Source of the DNA: Myxococcales bacterium
GTDB lineage: Bacteria; Myxococcota_A; Polyangia; Polyangiales; Polyangiaceae
DNA length: 64,000 bases
Reading direction: 5' to 3'
Assembly (NCBI GenBank): GCA_043747615.1
Contig: JAYTOU010000060.1
Location: forward strand, 1 to 64,000
Both the position numbers and the translations under genes were made by a program. Below are positions 21,116 to 30,289 of the stretch, one piece after another. The first letter of the stretch is position 1. Each line of letters starts with the position of its first letter. The notes under the pieces were generated by a model. That model had not been told where the DNA came from. It worked only from the letters and a program-made list of their open reading frames with translations, and made no database searches.

Positions 21116-22756
21116 TCACGGCGTCGTCCCGCCTGGGCTTTGACTGGTCTTCGGACGCGTGGAGAGCGCCGCCACCGCCTGCGCGAGCTCACCCGGGTTC
21201 AAGGGCTTCGCGAGGTACATGTCGAAGCCGGCGGCGAGCGCCTCGCCTCGATCCTCGTCGTGCGCATAGCCCGTCAACGCGAGGACGGGCAGTCGGTCCC
21301 CGCCGTTGCCATTGCAGCGCGCGCGCAGGCGACGGATGAACTCGAAACCATCCGTCTTCGGCATTCGGATGTCGGCGACGATCACCGCGGGCCTGAGCTC
21401 GTCGAGGACGGCGAGGGCGACATCCGCGGAGTCGGCGGTGGTCACACTCGCACCGTGAACACGAAGCGCCGCGGCGACGAGCTCGCGGGCATCGGCTTCG
21501 TCGTCGACGACGAGCACCTTCAGCCCGACGAGTCTGGAAACGTCGCTCTCCGGTCGAGAAATGCGCTTTGGCGCTTCTGAGTCGTGCATGAGGGCGACGG
21601 CCGGTAAGGTCACGACGAACGTGGCGCCCCGGCCGAGCCCTTCGCTCGCGACGGTGACCGTGCCGTCGTGGGCAGCGACGAAATGACGGACTAGGGAGAG
21701 GCCGAGCCCGAGCCCACCGTGACGGCGACTCGGCGCGCCCTCGGCCTGACGAAAGCGGTCGAAGACTAGGGGAAGGAACTCGGGCGCGATGCCCATGCCG
21801 TCATCGCGGATGGTGAGCCTGATGGCGCCGTCGACGCGCTCCGTGTGGACCTCGATGTGCCCGCCCTTCGACGTGAACTTGATGGCGTTGCTGAGGAGGT
21901 TCCCGACCACCTGCTGAATTCGCTGGGCGTCCCCGTCGATGGGCGCAGCGTCGAGCTCGAGATCGAGCTTCAAGGCGATGTTCTTGGCATCGAGCGCCGG
22001 CTTCACGGCTTCGACCGCGGCGCTCACCACGCCCGAAAAATCGAAAGGCGCGATCTCGAGGCGCTGCTTGCCGGCCATGATCCGCGAGCCGTCGAGAATG
22101 TCTTCGATCAGCTGGACCTGCGACTTTGCGTTGCGTTCGATGGTCTCGATCGCACGGGAAAAGTCGGTGGGACTGAGCTGCCCCGATCGCATGAGTTGGA
22201 CCCAACCGAGGATCGCGTTGAGAGGAGTGCGAAGCTCGTGGGAGGCCATCGCTAGGAACTGGTCCTTCGACCGGTTTGCGGCCTGGGCCTCGGTGCGCGC
22301 TTCGCGCTCGCTCGCTTCCGTCGCGATCAGACGATCGTGAAGGAGCTTGGTTCGCACGACAGCGGCGACGCGCGCCAGGAGCTCGAGCCCGTCGTAGGGC
22401 TTGGTCAGGTAGTCGTTCGCGCCGGCCGAGATCGCTTCCACTAGATCGGCGCGCTCGGAGAGTCCGGTCAGCATCAAGATCGGAAGGGCGTTTTGATTTC
22501 TCGTGGTGCGCACGAACTTGCAGGCTTCGAGGCCCGGGAGCCCGGGCATCTGCCAATCGAGCACGATGGCGGACGGCGCGGTCGACGTCGATGCGAGCCT
22601 CTCCAACATCGTCGAAGCCTCGTCGAAGACCTCAACGTTGTAGATGCTCGCGAGCACCCGCTTCGCGACCTCGGCCTCGAGCGGGCTGTCCTCCACAATC
22701 CAGACTGCGTGGCGTGCGTCCGGGTTCGTTTCGGGCGGGGGCACAGGTCCGGGCAT
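21116..22756 (-). CDS. Hybrid histidine kinase (REC-HisKA-HATPase-REC)
   Basis: N-terminal REC (LDWQMP), SHELRTPL, NLLSNAIKF, DDGMGI, GGLGLGL, C-terminal REC (ADIRMP). Confidence 0.95.
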   Translation of the reverse strand: MPGPVPPPETNPDARHAVWIVEDSPLEAEVAKRVLASIYNVEVFDEASTMLERLASTSTAPSAIVLDWQMPGLPGLEACKFVRTTRNQNALPILMLTGLSERADLVEAISAGANDYLTKPYDGLELLARVAAVVRTKLLHDRLIATEASEREARTEAQAANRSKDQFLAMASHELRTPLNAILGWVQLMRSGQLSPTDFSRAIETIERNAKSQVQLIEDILDGSRIMAGKQRLEIAPFDFSGVVSAAVEAVKPALDAKNIALKLDLELDAAPIDGDAQRIQQVVGNLLSNAIKFTSKGGHIEVHTERVDGAIRLTIRDDGMGIAPEFLPLVFDRFRQAEGAPSRRHGGLGLGLSLVRHFVAAHDGTVTVASEGLGRGATFVVTLPAVALMHDSEAPKRISRPESDVSRLVGLKVLVVDDEADARELVAAALRVHGASVTTADSADVALAVLDELRPAVIVADIRMPKTDGFEFIRRLRARCNGNGGDRLPVLALTGYAHDEDRGEALAAGFDMYLAKPLNPGELAQAVAALSTRPKTSQSPGGTTP

Positions 22757-22887
22757 CAGGTGCGGGCTCTATAGCATGGGCCGGGCAGATTAGCCTCAGG
22801 CCGACCATCCTGCTCGCGCCGAGCTAAGGAGAGAGAAAGTGGCGCCCACGATCGGGGGGGGTGACCGCAGACGCCGACTCACCACGA

Positions 22888-22903
22888 AGCAGAAGTCGTG
22901 CCG
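22888..22903 (-). promoter_or_regulatory. Putative sigma54 promoter for the kinase/che operon
   Basis: Minus strand CGGCACG-ACTT-CTGCT fits GG-N10-GC. Confidence 0.55.
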
Positions 22904-23147
22904 CCCCGGTCTTGGCGCAATCGCGCCGACTTTCGCGATCTGACGCTGGGTCACGCTTTCAAATGTGAAACGCCGTCGTGCGTTTCCGAGACCGCATGCT
23001 TAGGCTTCAGTCGCCCGTGATGGGTGTGGCGGTTTAGAGAAAATCGTGGCGCTTCGGCCGGCAACCGACACCTCGTCCGAGCACCCGGGAATGCGGCCGT
23101 GATGCGACGCGTGGTCCGTGAAGAGGGCGACGCCAGGGTCGCTCGCG

Positions 23148-23163
23148 AGGCACGGACGTTGCT
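23148..23163 (+). promoter_or_regulatory. Putative sigma54 promoter for the FAD/Rieske gene
   Basis: AGGCACG-GACG-TTGCT, near-consensus -24/-12. Confidence 0.65.
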
Positions 23164-23175
23164 CAGTGCGTGCGC

Positions 23176-24669
23176 ATGACTCCCCGATCTATCTGGTTTG
23201 AAACCAATGGCGCTCCGCGATTTCCGCCGCTGGCAAAGGACGTCCACTTCGACGTCGCCATCGTCGGCGCTGGCATCACCGGCATCACGGCGGCCATGCT
23301 CCTTCAGGGCGCGGGAAAGCGCGTTGCCATCATCGAAGGTCGGCGCGTTCTCGAGGGAGAAACCGGACACACGACGGCACATCTATCGACCGCTCTTGAC
23401 GCGCGGTACGCGGCTCTCCGGAGAGATTTCGGAGAGGCGTCGGCGCGGCTCGCGTATGAGTCTTCCCGTGCGGCCATCGACCAGATCGCACGGTTCGTAC
23501 AGGAGCTGAAGCTCGACTGCGGGTTCGCGTCCGCGACGGGCTACCTCTACACGGAGCGCGAGGAACAGCTTCGCGATCTGCACGTGGAATTCGAGGCGGC
23601 GCGTGCGCTCGGGATCCCGGTGAGCATGACGCGGGAGGTCCCCCTTCCCTTCGCGACGGTCGCCGGAGTGCGCTTCGAGGGTCAAGCGCAGATCCATCCG
23701 CTCCGCTACCTGACTCCCATGCTGGACCTTCTCGTCGCGAAGGGCTGTGCGATCTTCGAAGACACGCCGGTCACCGCGATCGAAGACGGCGCTCCTTGCA
23801 CCCTCGTGACCGCGGGCGGCAAAATCACCGCAGACCAGGTGATCCTCGCCACGAACGTGCCGCTCAATCTTCTCTTTCTCCAGACGAAGATCGCGCACTA
23901 CAGGAGCTACGCCGCCGCGTTTCCGCATACGGAAGAAGTCGAGAACAAGCTCTTCTGGGACACCGATGATCCCTACCACTACACACGCTCCGCAATCGTC
24001 GACGGAAAACCCAATTTGATCGTCGGCGGCGAGGATCACAAGACAGGGCAGAACAAGGACACGGATGAAAGCTTTGCCCGCCTCATCGAGTACGCGCGCG
24101 TCCGCTACCATGTCGGGACGCCCTCTCACCGATGGTCGGGGCAGATCATCGAGCCCGTGGATGGTCTTCCGTACATCGGACGAAATTCGGCCTCGAAGAA
24201 CGTGTACGTCGCGACGGGGTACGGCGGAAACGGCATGACCTTCGGCACTCTCGCCGGGATGCTACTCAGCGATCTCGTGCTCGAACGCGGCAGTCCGTAC
24301 AGCGACCTTTATGATCCCACCCGCATCAAGCCAATGGCGAGCGCGGCTACGTACGTCGAAGAAAATGTCGACTTCCCCACGCATCTCATTGGGGATCGCG
24401 TAGCGGCCTGGTCCGCATCTCTCGAGGACATCGAGCCCACCGACGGCAAAGTGGTGACGGTCAAGGGCGAGCCGATCGCGGTGTATCGTGACGCGAAGGG
24501 GGTGACCCACGGGCTCTCTCCGGTGTGCACGCACCTCGGCTGCCACGTGAAGTTCAACCGCGCGGAGCAATCGTGGGACTGTCCGTGCCACGGCTCTCGC
24601 TTCGACCTCGAAGGGCGCGTCGTGAATGGGCCCGCGTTGATCGCGCTCGGCCCCAAGCCTCTTCCCTGA
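23176..24669 (+). CDS. FAD-dependent oxidoreductase with C-terminal Rieske [2Fe-2S] domain (YhfW-like)
   Basis: IVGAGITG, GHTTAH, DGLPYIG, ATGYGGNGMT; Rieske motifs CTHLGC and WDCPCHGSRF. Confidence 0.93.
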   Translation: MTPRSIWFETNGAPRFPPLAKDVHFDVAIVGAGITGITAAMLLQGAGKRVAIIEGRRVLEGETGHTTAHLSTALDARYAALRRDFGEASARLAYESSRAAIDQIARFVQELKLDCGFASATGYLYTEREEQLRDLHVEFEAARALGIPVSMTREVPLPFATVAGVRFEGQAQIHPLRYLTPMLDLLVAKGCAIFEDTPVTAIEDGAPCTLVTAGGKITADQVILATNVPLNLLFLQTKIAHYRSYAAAFPHTEEVENKLFWDTDDPYHYTRSAIVDGKPNLIVGGEDHKTGQNKDTDESFARLIEYARVRYHVGTPSHRWSGQIIEPVDGLPYIGRNSASKNVYVATGYGGNGMTFGTLAGMLLSDLVLERGSPYSDLYDPTRIKPMASAATYVEENVDFPTHLIGDRVAAWSASLEDIEPTDGKVVTVKGEPIAVYRDAKGVTHGLSPVCTHLGCHVKFNRAEQSWDCPCHGSRFDLEGRVVNGPALIALGPKPLP

Positions 24670-24673
24670 TTCC

Positions 24674-24689
24674 TGGCACATCGAATGCA
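24674..24689 (+). promoter_or_regulatory. Putative sigma54 promoter for the small acidic protein gene
   Basis: TGGCAC-ATCGA-ATGCA fits GG-N10-GC; RBS GGAGG at 24703. Confidence 0.6.
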
Positions 24690-24714
24690 TCTCGTCGTGA
24701 TCGGAGGTCATTCG

Positions 24715-24978
24715 ATGACAACGAGATCCGACAAGCCAGCGCTGCCCCGCCGTGATGCAACGGGACACTTGAATCCACAGTACGCAGCCGACCTGCATGC
24801 GATCAGCGCCGAGAGCGCCGGCACCGAGGAGGGCGCGGACTTCTTGGAGGTGAGCAAAGTGGAACCGCTCTCCGAGCTCCTCGCCGAATCCTTCGTGCAA
24901 CGGGTAACGAGCGGCGACGATGGCGTTCTCGATCCACTCGATTCCGAGGAGCCGGTCGATCCAAACGTGGACCAATGA
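24715..24978 (+). CDS. Small acidic hypothetical protein
   Basis: GGAGG RBS, own putative promoter, GC-rich third codon positions. Confidence 0.7.
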   Translation: MTTRSDKPALPRRDATGHLNPQYAADLHAISAESAGTEEGADFLEVSKVEPLSELLAESFVQRVTSGDDGVLDPLDSEEPVDPNVDQ

Positions 24979-25109
24979 AGCCCGCGGCATCGAAAGCGCG
25001 GCGCGGGTAGCGGCCGCGAGCACCAATTCCTACGCCAATCGTAGGTCCGTTTTCCGCCACCTCGAGCGATCCGATTGCTCGAGTGAATGGTGGGCGCTAA
25101 CGCTCTGGC

Positions 25110-26384
25110 ATGCGAAAACCTGGGCGTCTTCTGGGGAGTGTTGGCGTGTGCGGGGCGGCGGCGATGATCTTCATGGCCTGCGGATCGCGCAACTCGGGCT
25201 TCGGTGATCCGAACGGCGTTGGCGGAGCGGCGGACGGCTCACCCCTATTCTCGAGCAACGATGCGGCGGGGGGCGATGCAATGGGCCCTCCGATCGGCAT
25301 CATTACGGGCAAGGTCGTCGCTCCGGAAGGAACGATTCCGATCGCCGGCGCGCTCGTCTATCTGACCGACGCCGAGCCCGCGCCCATTCCCTCGGGGGTC
25401 TACTGCGACAAGTGCGTCGAGCTCACGTCGTACGCCTTCACGTACTCGAAAGCGGACGGCACCTTCGAGCTCCCCGCATACATCTCGGGCTCGCAGTACA
25501 TCGTCACCCAAAAGGGCCAGTTTCGCCGCGTTCGCAAGGTCGACGTGAAGCCGGGAACCCAGCCTTCGAACGCGGACGACACGCGCCTCCCCGGGAAAAA
25601 CGACGCCGCAAACGGTGACACGATCCCGCGCATGAAGGTGATGGCGGCGACCTGGGATTCGATCCAGTCCTCACTGAAGAAGCTCGGCGTCTCGGAGTTC
25701 ACGGGGCCGCCCACGGGCTTCGTTCAGGATCACGCGCTCGACGATCTCAGCGAAGCGTCGAAGTACCACATCATTTTCATTCCTTGCTCGGGGCAGGTGG
25801 TGACCGATCCCGGACCAACGGGGACGCAGTGCTCGGGAATCTACGCGCCGAGCGGCGGCTCGAAATCCGTCATGAAGGACTACATCGAGCAGGGCGGCAA
25901 GCTCTACGTCACCGACTGGAGCTACGAGTACGTTCAGCAGATCTGGCCGGGCTTCATCACGTTCGCAGGGGAGACGTCGCAAGTCGGCTCGGCCTGCACA
26001 CTCGGCGAATACTCCGGTCCCGCGCAGTTCGACGATCCTGGCCTCGCGGCATGGATGACGGCCATCGGCGAAGGGAGCGCGCAGCTCAAGAAAAATTACG
26101 TCTCCATCTCCGGCACCACGCCGCAGCCCGGTCTCGACCAGGACGGACACCCGGTGACCATCACCCCAAAGATCTGGGCATCGACCGTCGTTGGCGGCGC
26201 GCCCCACACGTCCACCGTGAGCTTCCAGGATAAGTGCGGCCGCGTGATGTACAGCACGTACCACGCCGAGGGCACGGACAATGGCGGCAGCTCCACTCTG
26301 CTCGCGCAGGAGAAGGCGCTCTTTCACATCCTGCTCGAAGTGTCGGCCTGCGTGGGCGTGAAGCCGCAGCCTCCGGTGCGCTGA
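25110..26384 (+). CDS. Lipoprotein with a carboxypeptidase-regulatory-like beta-sandwich and a GATase-like C-terminal domain
   Basis: Lipobox FMAC; GKVVAP...PIAGALVY, ADGTFEL, QKGQFRR; YIEQGGKLYVTDWSY. Confidence 0.75.
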   Translation: MRKPGRLLGSVGVCGAAAMIFMACGSRNSGFGDPNGVGGAADGSPLFSSNDAAGGDAMGPPIGIITGKVVAPEGTIPIAGALVYLTDAEPAPIPSGVYCDKCVELTSYAFTYSKADGTFELPAYISGSQYIVTQKGQFRRVRKVDVKPGTQPSNADDTRLPGKNDAANGDTIPRMKVMAATWDSIQSSLKKLGVSEFTGPPTGFVQDHALDDLSEASKYHIIFIPCSGQVVTDPGPTGTQCSGIYAPSGGSKSVMKDYIEQGGKLYVTDWSYEYVQQIWPGFITFAGETSQVGSACTLGEYSGPAQFDDPGLAAWMTAIGEGSAQLKKNYVSISGTTPQPGLDQDGHPVTITPKIWASTVVGGAPHTSTVSFQDKCGRVMYSTYHAEGTDNGGSSTLLAQEKALFHILLEVSACVGVKPQPPVR

Positions 26385-26648
26385 TCAGCAGCTTCACGTG
26401 TTGCGTGAACCACGCGCGCGCAGGCGGCTGCTAGTCACTTCTTCTTTTTGCTCGTTCGAACGCGCTGACCCACGCTCCCTCGCCAGGTCCGCTGTCACGA
26501 AGCCGTTCTGCTCATGCCAATCGTGACAATCGGCATGGGAGGCCAGTCGTGAAAACTACCTGTTTCGTAAATCCCGGTACGAATTTCTGACAAGTGGTCG
26601 GTGCTCAGGGCAATTGCTAGAACACCGGTCAAACGTGAGGGATTTTTC

Positions 26649-27191
26649 ATGATGCGCTTCTATGCTTCCGCTCTTGTCCTTGTTTCAGTAGCCGCGGCGT
26701 GCGGGCCCACGATCGATGTCGGCCAAAGCGACGGCGGCGCGGCATCCGACGGCGCCAAGTCCGGCTTGGACGACTCCGCGGGCGGAACCGACGCGGGACA
26801 CACCGACGCCGTGACGACGGGCTCGAGCAAGACCAAGGGCGGCGTCAGCTGCGAAAAAGCGGATCTCCCGGCGGCAGGGAGCGCGTGCTCGATCCCCGGC
26901 ACCTACGACGTGACCGAAAGCCTTTGCTCGAGCACCGACGCCACGTGCATGGATGTGCAGACGGCAACGGACTACCAGTGGACTGCGGTGGTCACCCTCA
27001 CGGGTACGACCGTGAAGCTCACGAACGGCACCGACCGTTTATTGCACTGCGAGCTTTCCCCTCCGTGCACCTGCGTGTCCGCCGGCGGCAACGTGTACCA
27101 CTTCACGAGCACCGGCTTCGCGTCCACGGGCAAGTCGCAGTGTGCGGGGAGCGCCATTCAGAACGAGCTCTCCACGGGGGTGAAGCTGTGA
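26649..27191 (+). CDS. Lipoprotein A (mature N-terminus CGPTIDVGQ)
   Basis: RBS GAGGG, lipobox AAAC. Confidence 0.8.
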   Translation: MMRFYASALVLVSVAAACGPTIDVGQSDGGAASDGAKSGLDDSAGGTDAGHTDAVTTGSSKTKGGVSCEKADLPAAGSACSIPGTYDVTESLCSSTDATCMDVQTATDYQWTAVVTLTGTTVKLTNGTDRLLHCELSPPCTCVSAGGNVYHFTSTGFASTGKSQCAGSAIQNELSTGVKL

Positions 27192-27275
27192 TGCGGCGCC
27201 ATGCATCGCTGCCTTTCGCCCTGGCGATTGGCCTCTTGTCCCTCGCGTGCGGGCCCACCATCGATGTCGGCCAAA
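26697..27275 (+). repeat. 31-bp direct repeat (26697-26727 and 27245-27275, 1 mismatch) encoding ACGPTIDVGQ
   Basis: gcgtgcgggcccac[g/c]atcgatgtcggccaaa seen twice. Confidence 0.9.
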
Positions 27276-27835
27276 ACACCTCCGATGGCGGGATGAGCGC
27301 CTCAGACGCGGCAACGTCTCATCCGGACACGGGGGCTTCGCTTGCTGCCGGCACCGCCAACGTGGCCGGTATGGTCGGTGGCCATTCGCTCGCAGTCAAA
27401 GACGCGATTGGCTTCGTTAGCAACCAAGGTGCGACCTTCCACGAGCTCTGGGTGAGCATCACCGATCACGCAAACATGTGCGCGGCCGTGAAGCAGGGAG
27501 CGGAGAGCTTTGCCAATACGACGGGGGTTCGCCTAGACCTCACGTCGGGCGCGTCGACGCCGCTCACGATCGGCCCGGGTACGTACGCGATCGGTGACAC
27601 GACGACGACGAAGCCGCATTTCGCAGCGGCCTTCATGAACACCGATGCCACCTGCACGAGCGGGGTTGGGGGCACCAACGCGACAGCCGGAACGCTCACC
27701 ATCGGAGACATCACCTCGGGCGTCATCAACGGAACGTTCGATCTGACCTTTCCGACCGGCTCGCTCAAAGGCTCCTTTGGAGCAGGCACGTGTGACAGCG
27801 GCACTCCGACCGGCAGCATCAAGTGCGCCCAGTGA
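27191..27835 (+). CDS. Lipoprotein B (mature N-terminus CGPTIDVGQ)
   Basis: TGATG overlap, lipobox SLAC, beta-rich body (GTLTI...INGTFDLTF). Confidence 0.8.
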   Translation: MRRHASLPFALAIGLLSLACGPTIDVGQNTSDGGMSASDAATSHPDTGASLAAGTANVAGMVGGHSLAVKDAIGFVSNQGATFHELWVSITDHANMCAAVKQGAESFANTTGVRLDLTSGASTPLTIGPGTYAIGDTTTTKPHFAAAFMNTDATCTSGVGGTNATAGTLTIGDITSGVINGTFDLTFPTGSLKGSFGAGTCDSGTPTGSIKCAQ

Positions 27836-27859
27836 CGAATTAAGTTACGCAAGCGGTGC

Positions 27860-28825
27860 GTGCACTCCGTCCTCGCGATCCTCTTCGTCCTCCTTCTGGG
27901 GCGCACCGCGATGGCTGCTCCGAGCGCACGCCTGCACTACACGCGCGGGAGCGGCGCCGAGGCCTGCCCGGACGAAGCATCGATGCGGCGCGCGGTCGAC
28001 TCCCAGCTTGGCTACGATCCGTTCGACGACCAGGCGTCGACGTCGGTGGAGGCTTCGATTCTTCGCAAAGACGATCGTCTCTTCGGCCGGGTCGAGGTCA
28101 TTCGTCCTCACGAATCGCCCGGAAAGCGCGAGCTTTCGTCACGCGAAGTCGACTGCGAGCACCTCGCGTCCGCGATGGCTCTCACGATCAGCATGGCGAT
28201 CGATCCGATGGTGATCTCCCGCCCGCCGCCGGCCGCAGCACCTGTGCCGCCTCCGCTCGAAGCGATACCGCGCCCTTCACCCGTCTCCTCCCCTCCCCCG
28301 CCCGAAGTTCCAAAGTCCTCTCCGCCGGCGCCGCGCAGCGTCTCTTTTCGCGCTGGGATCACTCCTCTAGTATCGGTCGGGATCGCTCCCGGGATCGCGG
28401 TCGGACTGGACGCATCTGCCGCCGTGCGCTGGTCCCACGTGTCCATCGGTCTCGAAGGGCGAATGGACCTGCCGTCGTATGCTCACCTTTCCATCGGAGG
28501 GGACGTGAACACGTCCATTCAGGTCGGGATCCTCGTCCCCTGCGCGCACGTGGACCGCATTGCGCTGTGTGTGCTCGGGGCGGTCGGCTCGATGCGCGGA
28601 GAGTCTACGGGGATCACCGCCACGAACAGCGAGTACGTGCTCTTTGCTGCGGTCGGAGCGCGGGTTGCGCTCGAGATCCCGCTCTCCGCGAGCTTCCTCC
28701 TTCGCCCCGAGCTCGACGTGTTCGCCGCCCTGGCCCGACCCTCGCTCCACCTCAACAACGCCGTCATCTGGACCACTCCGCCTTTCTCCGCATCGCTCGG
28801 ATTGGGCGCGGTCGTACGATTTTGA
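27860..28825 (+). CDS. Exported protein with a Pro-rich linker and a probable C-terminal outer-membrane beta-barrel
   Basis: Signal peptide, CPD motif, amphipathic strands, terminal Phe (GAVVRF). Confidence 0.65.
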   Translation: MHSVLAILFVLLLGRTAMAAPSARLHYTRGSGAEACPDEASMRRAVDSQLGYDPFDDQASTSVEASILRKDDRLFGRVEVIRPHESPGKRELSSREVDCEHLASAMALTISMAIDPMVISRPPPAAAPVPPPLEAIPRPSPVSSPPPPEVPKSSPPAPRSVSFRAGITPLVSVGIAPGIAVGLDASAAVRWSHVSIGLEGRMDLPSYAHLSIGGDVNTSIQVGILVPCAHVDRIALCVLGAVGSMRGESTGITATNSEYVLFAAVGARVALEIPLSASFLLRPELDVFAALARPSLHLNNAVIWTTPPFSASLGLGAVVRF

Positions 28826-29364
28826 AAACCGAAAGCGAGGTCCAGGCCTTCGATGCGAACTTTCGCGGCATCTTCGAGTCGGAGTTTTCCTACGTCTGCC
28901 GGTCGCTCCGTCGCTGCGGCATTCGCGATCGAGACATCGACGATCTCGCCCACGACGTCTTTCTCGCGATGCACATGCGCTTCGAAGATTTCGACCGCAC
29001 GCGGCCGATCAAGCCCTGGCTCTTCGGGATCACCTTTCGCGTCGCCTCCCACCATCGACGCCGCCCGGGATACCAGCGCGAAGGGCTGGACGACGCCAGT
29101 GACACCGAGCGGCGCGACATGACCCCTCTTGCCGACGAGCAGCTCGACGATCACCGAAAGCGCGCGATGGTTCTCGAGGTCCTCGACACCCTCGACCTCG
29201 ATCGCCGTGCCGTCCTGATCATGCACGACCTCGACGAGCTCCCGATGCGCGACGTGGCCGAAACGCTGGGGATCCCTGTTTTCACGGCCTATTCGCGGCT
29301 TCGCGTAGCGCGCGAGGAATTTGCGGCGGCGGCGCGGCGCATGCGGCTCCGAGGTGAAACATGA
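28822..29364 (+). CDS. ECF RNA polymerase sigma factor
   Basis: Region 2 DDLAHDVFL...KPWLFGIT and region 4 VAETLGIPVFTAYSRLRVAR. TTG start overlaps the upstream stop. Confidence 0.92.
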   Translation: MKTESEVQAFDANFRGIFESEFSYVCRSLRRCGIRDRDIDDLAHDVFLAMHMRFEDFDRTRPIKPWLFGITFRVASHHRRRPGYQREGLDDASDTERRDMTPLADEQLDDHRKRAMVLEVLDTLDLDRRAVLIMHDLDELPMRDVAETLGIPVFTAYSRLRVAREEFAAAARRMRLRGET

Positions 29365-30110
29365 GTCACGATCTCGAACCGCTCTCGCCGGACGTCGAAT
29401 CGATGCTCCGCGCCGAGCGCAGCTACGAAGCGGAATCGGACGCGCGAAGAATGCGCGTGATGACCCGTCTCACGTCGACGGCGGCAGCGGTCGGCCTCGT
29501 TGCAAGTGTAGCCGTCGGAGCTGCCCACGCGGCGCCGGTGACCTGGCTCGTGCGTCTGGCCAGGCTTGCGCGCACGAAGGTCGCCATCGCCGTGGGAGCG
29601 CTCGCTATTGGAGGAGCCGGCGGCGGAGTCGTCGGTCACGAGCTCGGACAACGTGCGGCGGAGAAGCGTGCAGCCGCCGTCGTCAGCGCCGCTCCGCCCG
29701 CTCCGCCGGTCGTCCCCGTCCAACTTTTTCCCGCACCTTCGGCATCCTCGATCGACGTGCTCGCCCTCCCCTCGAGCGCGCCGGTGATCGCTCCTTCGCC
29801 GCGGCCTCATTCCTCCGTGGCACCGCGCGAGACGGGAGACGAGGATCTCGCAGCGGAGCTCGCGTTCGTCCAGATGGCGCGCACCTCGCTCGCTCGTCAA
29901 AACTTCAGCGGGGCGCTCGATGCGACGGAGCAGCACGCCCGAAAATTCCCGAACGGCCACCTCGCCGAGGAACGCGAGAGCCTCGCCATCCAGGCCCTCG
30001 TCGGCGCCGGCCGAGACAGCGAAGCGCGCGCCCGAGCAGCACGTTTTCGAGCCAAATATCCGCACAGCTTGCTTCTCCCGGCCGTGGAGGCAGCGGTGCG
30101 CGCGCCCTAG
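29361..30110 (+). CDS. Putative membrane-anchored anti-sigma factor with a C-terminal TPR-like domain
   Basis: ATGA overlap with the sigma gene, hydrophobic segments, Pro linker, LAAELAFVQMAR...FPNGHLAEERE...FRAKYPHS. Confidence 0.7.
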   Translation: MSHDLEPLSPDVESMLRAERSYEAESDARRMRVMTRLTSTAAAVGLVASVAVGAAHAAPVTWLVRLARLARTKVAIAVGALAIGGAGGGVVGHELGQRAAEKRAAAVVSAAPPAPPVVPVQLFPAPSASSIDVLALPSSAPVIAPSPRPHSSVAPRETGDEDLAAELAFVQMARTSLARQNFSGALDATEQHARKFPNGHLAEERESLAIQALVGAGRDSEARARAARFRAKYPHSLLLPAVEAAVRAP

Positions 30111-30237
30111 CGAGCGTTCTTGGATTTCGCGCATCGCGGGAGCGTGGCGGAACGAGCACCGCCTCATCGAAGAGGCACTCGCGAACGCCACCATTCTTCC
30201 CTCCCCAGATGCGCCATACAGCTCGCGCTGACTGAAG

Positions 30238-30270
30238 TCTTCGCCCGTTCGTCACCCCGTTGTCACACGC
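30238..30270 (+). promoter_or_regulatory. Pho box (11-bp direct repeats) upstream of pstS
   Basis: tcttcgcccgt / tcgtcaccccg / ttgtcacacgc; GTCAC at 30251 and 30262. Confidence 0.7.
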
Positions 30271-30289
30271 CGGAGGTACGTGTGCCTCA

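Noticed and set aside
22854..22861. Poly-G run upstream of the hybrid kinase as a phase-variation tract
   Set aside because: Short for a high-GC genome, and variability cannot be judged from one sequence.
26385..26600. Imperfect inverted repeat near 26512-26537 and a tiny minus-strand ORF ending SKKKK
   Set aside because: Too short and imperfect to support a regulatory site, RNA or gene.
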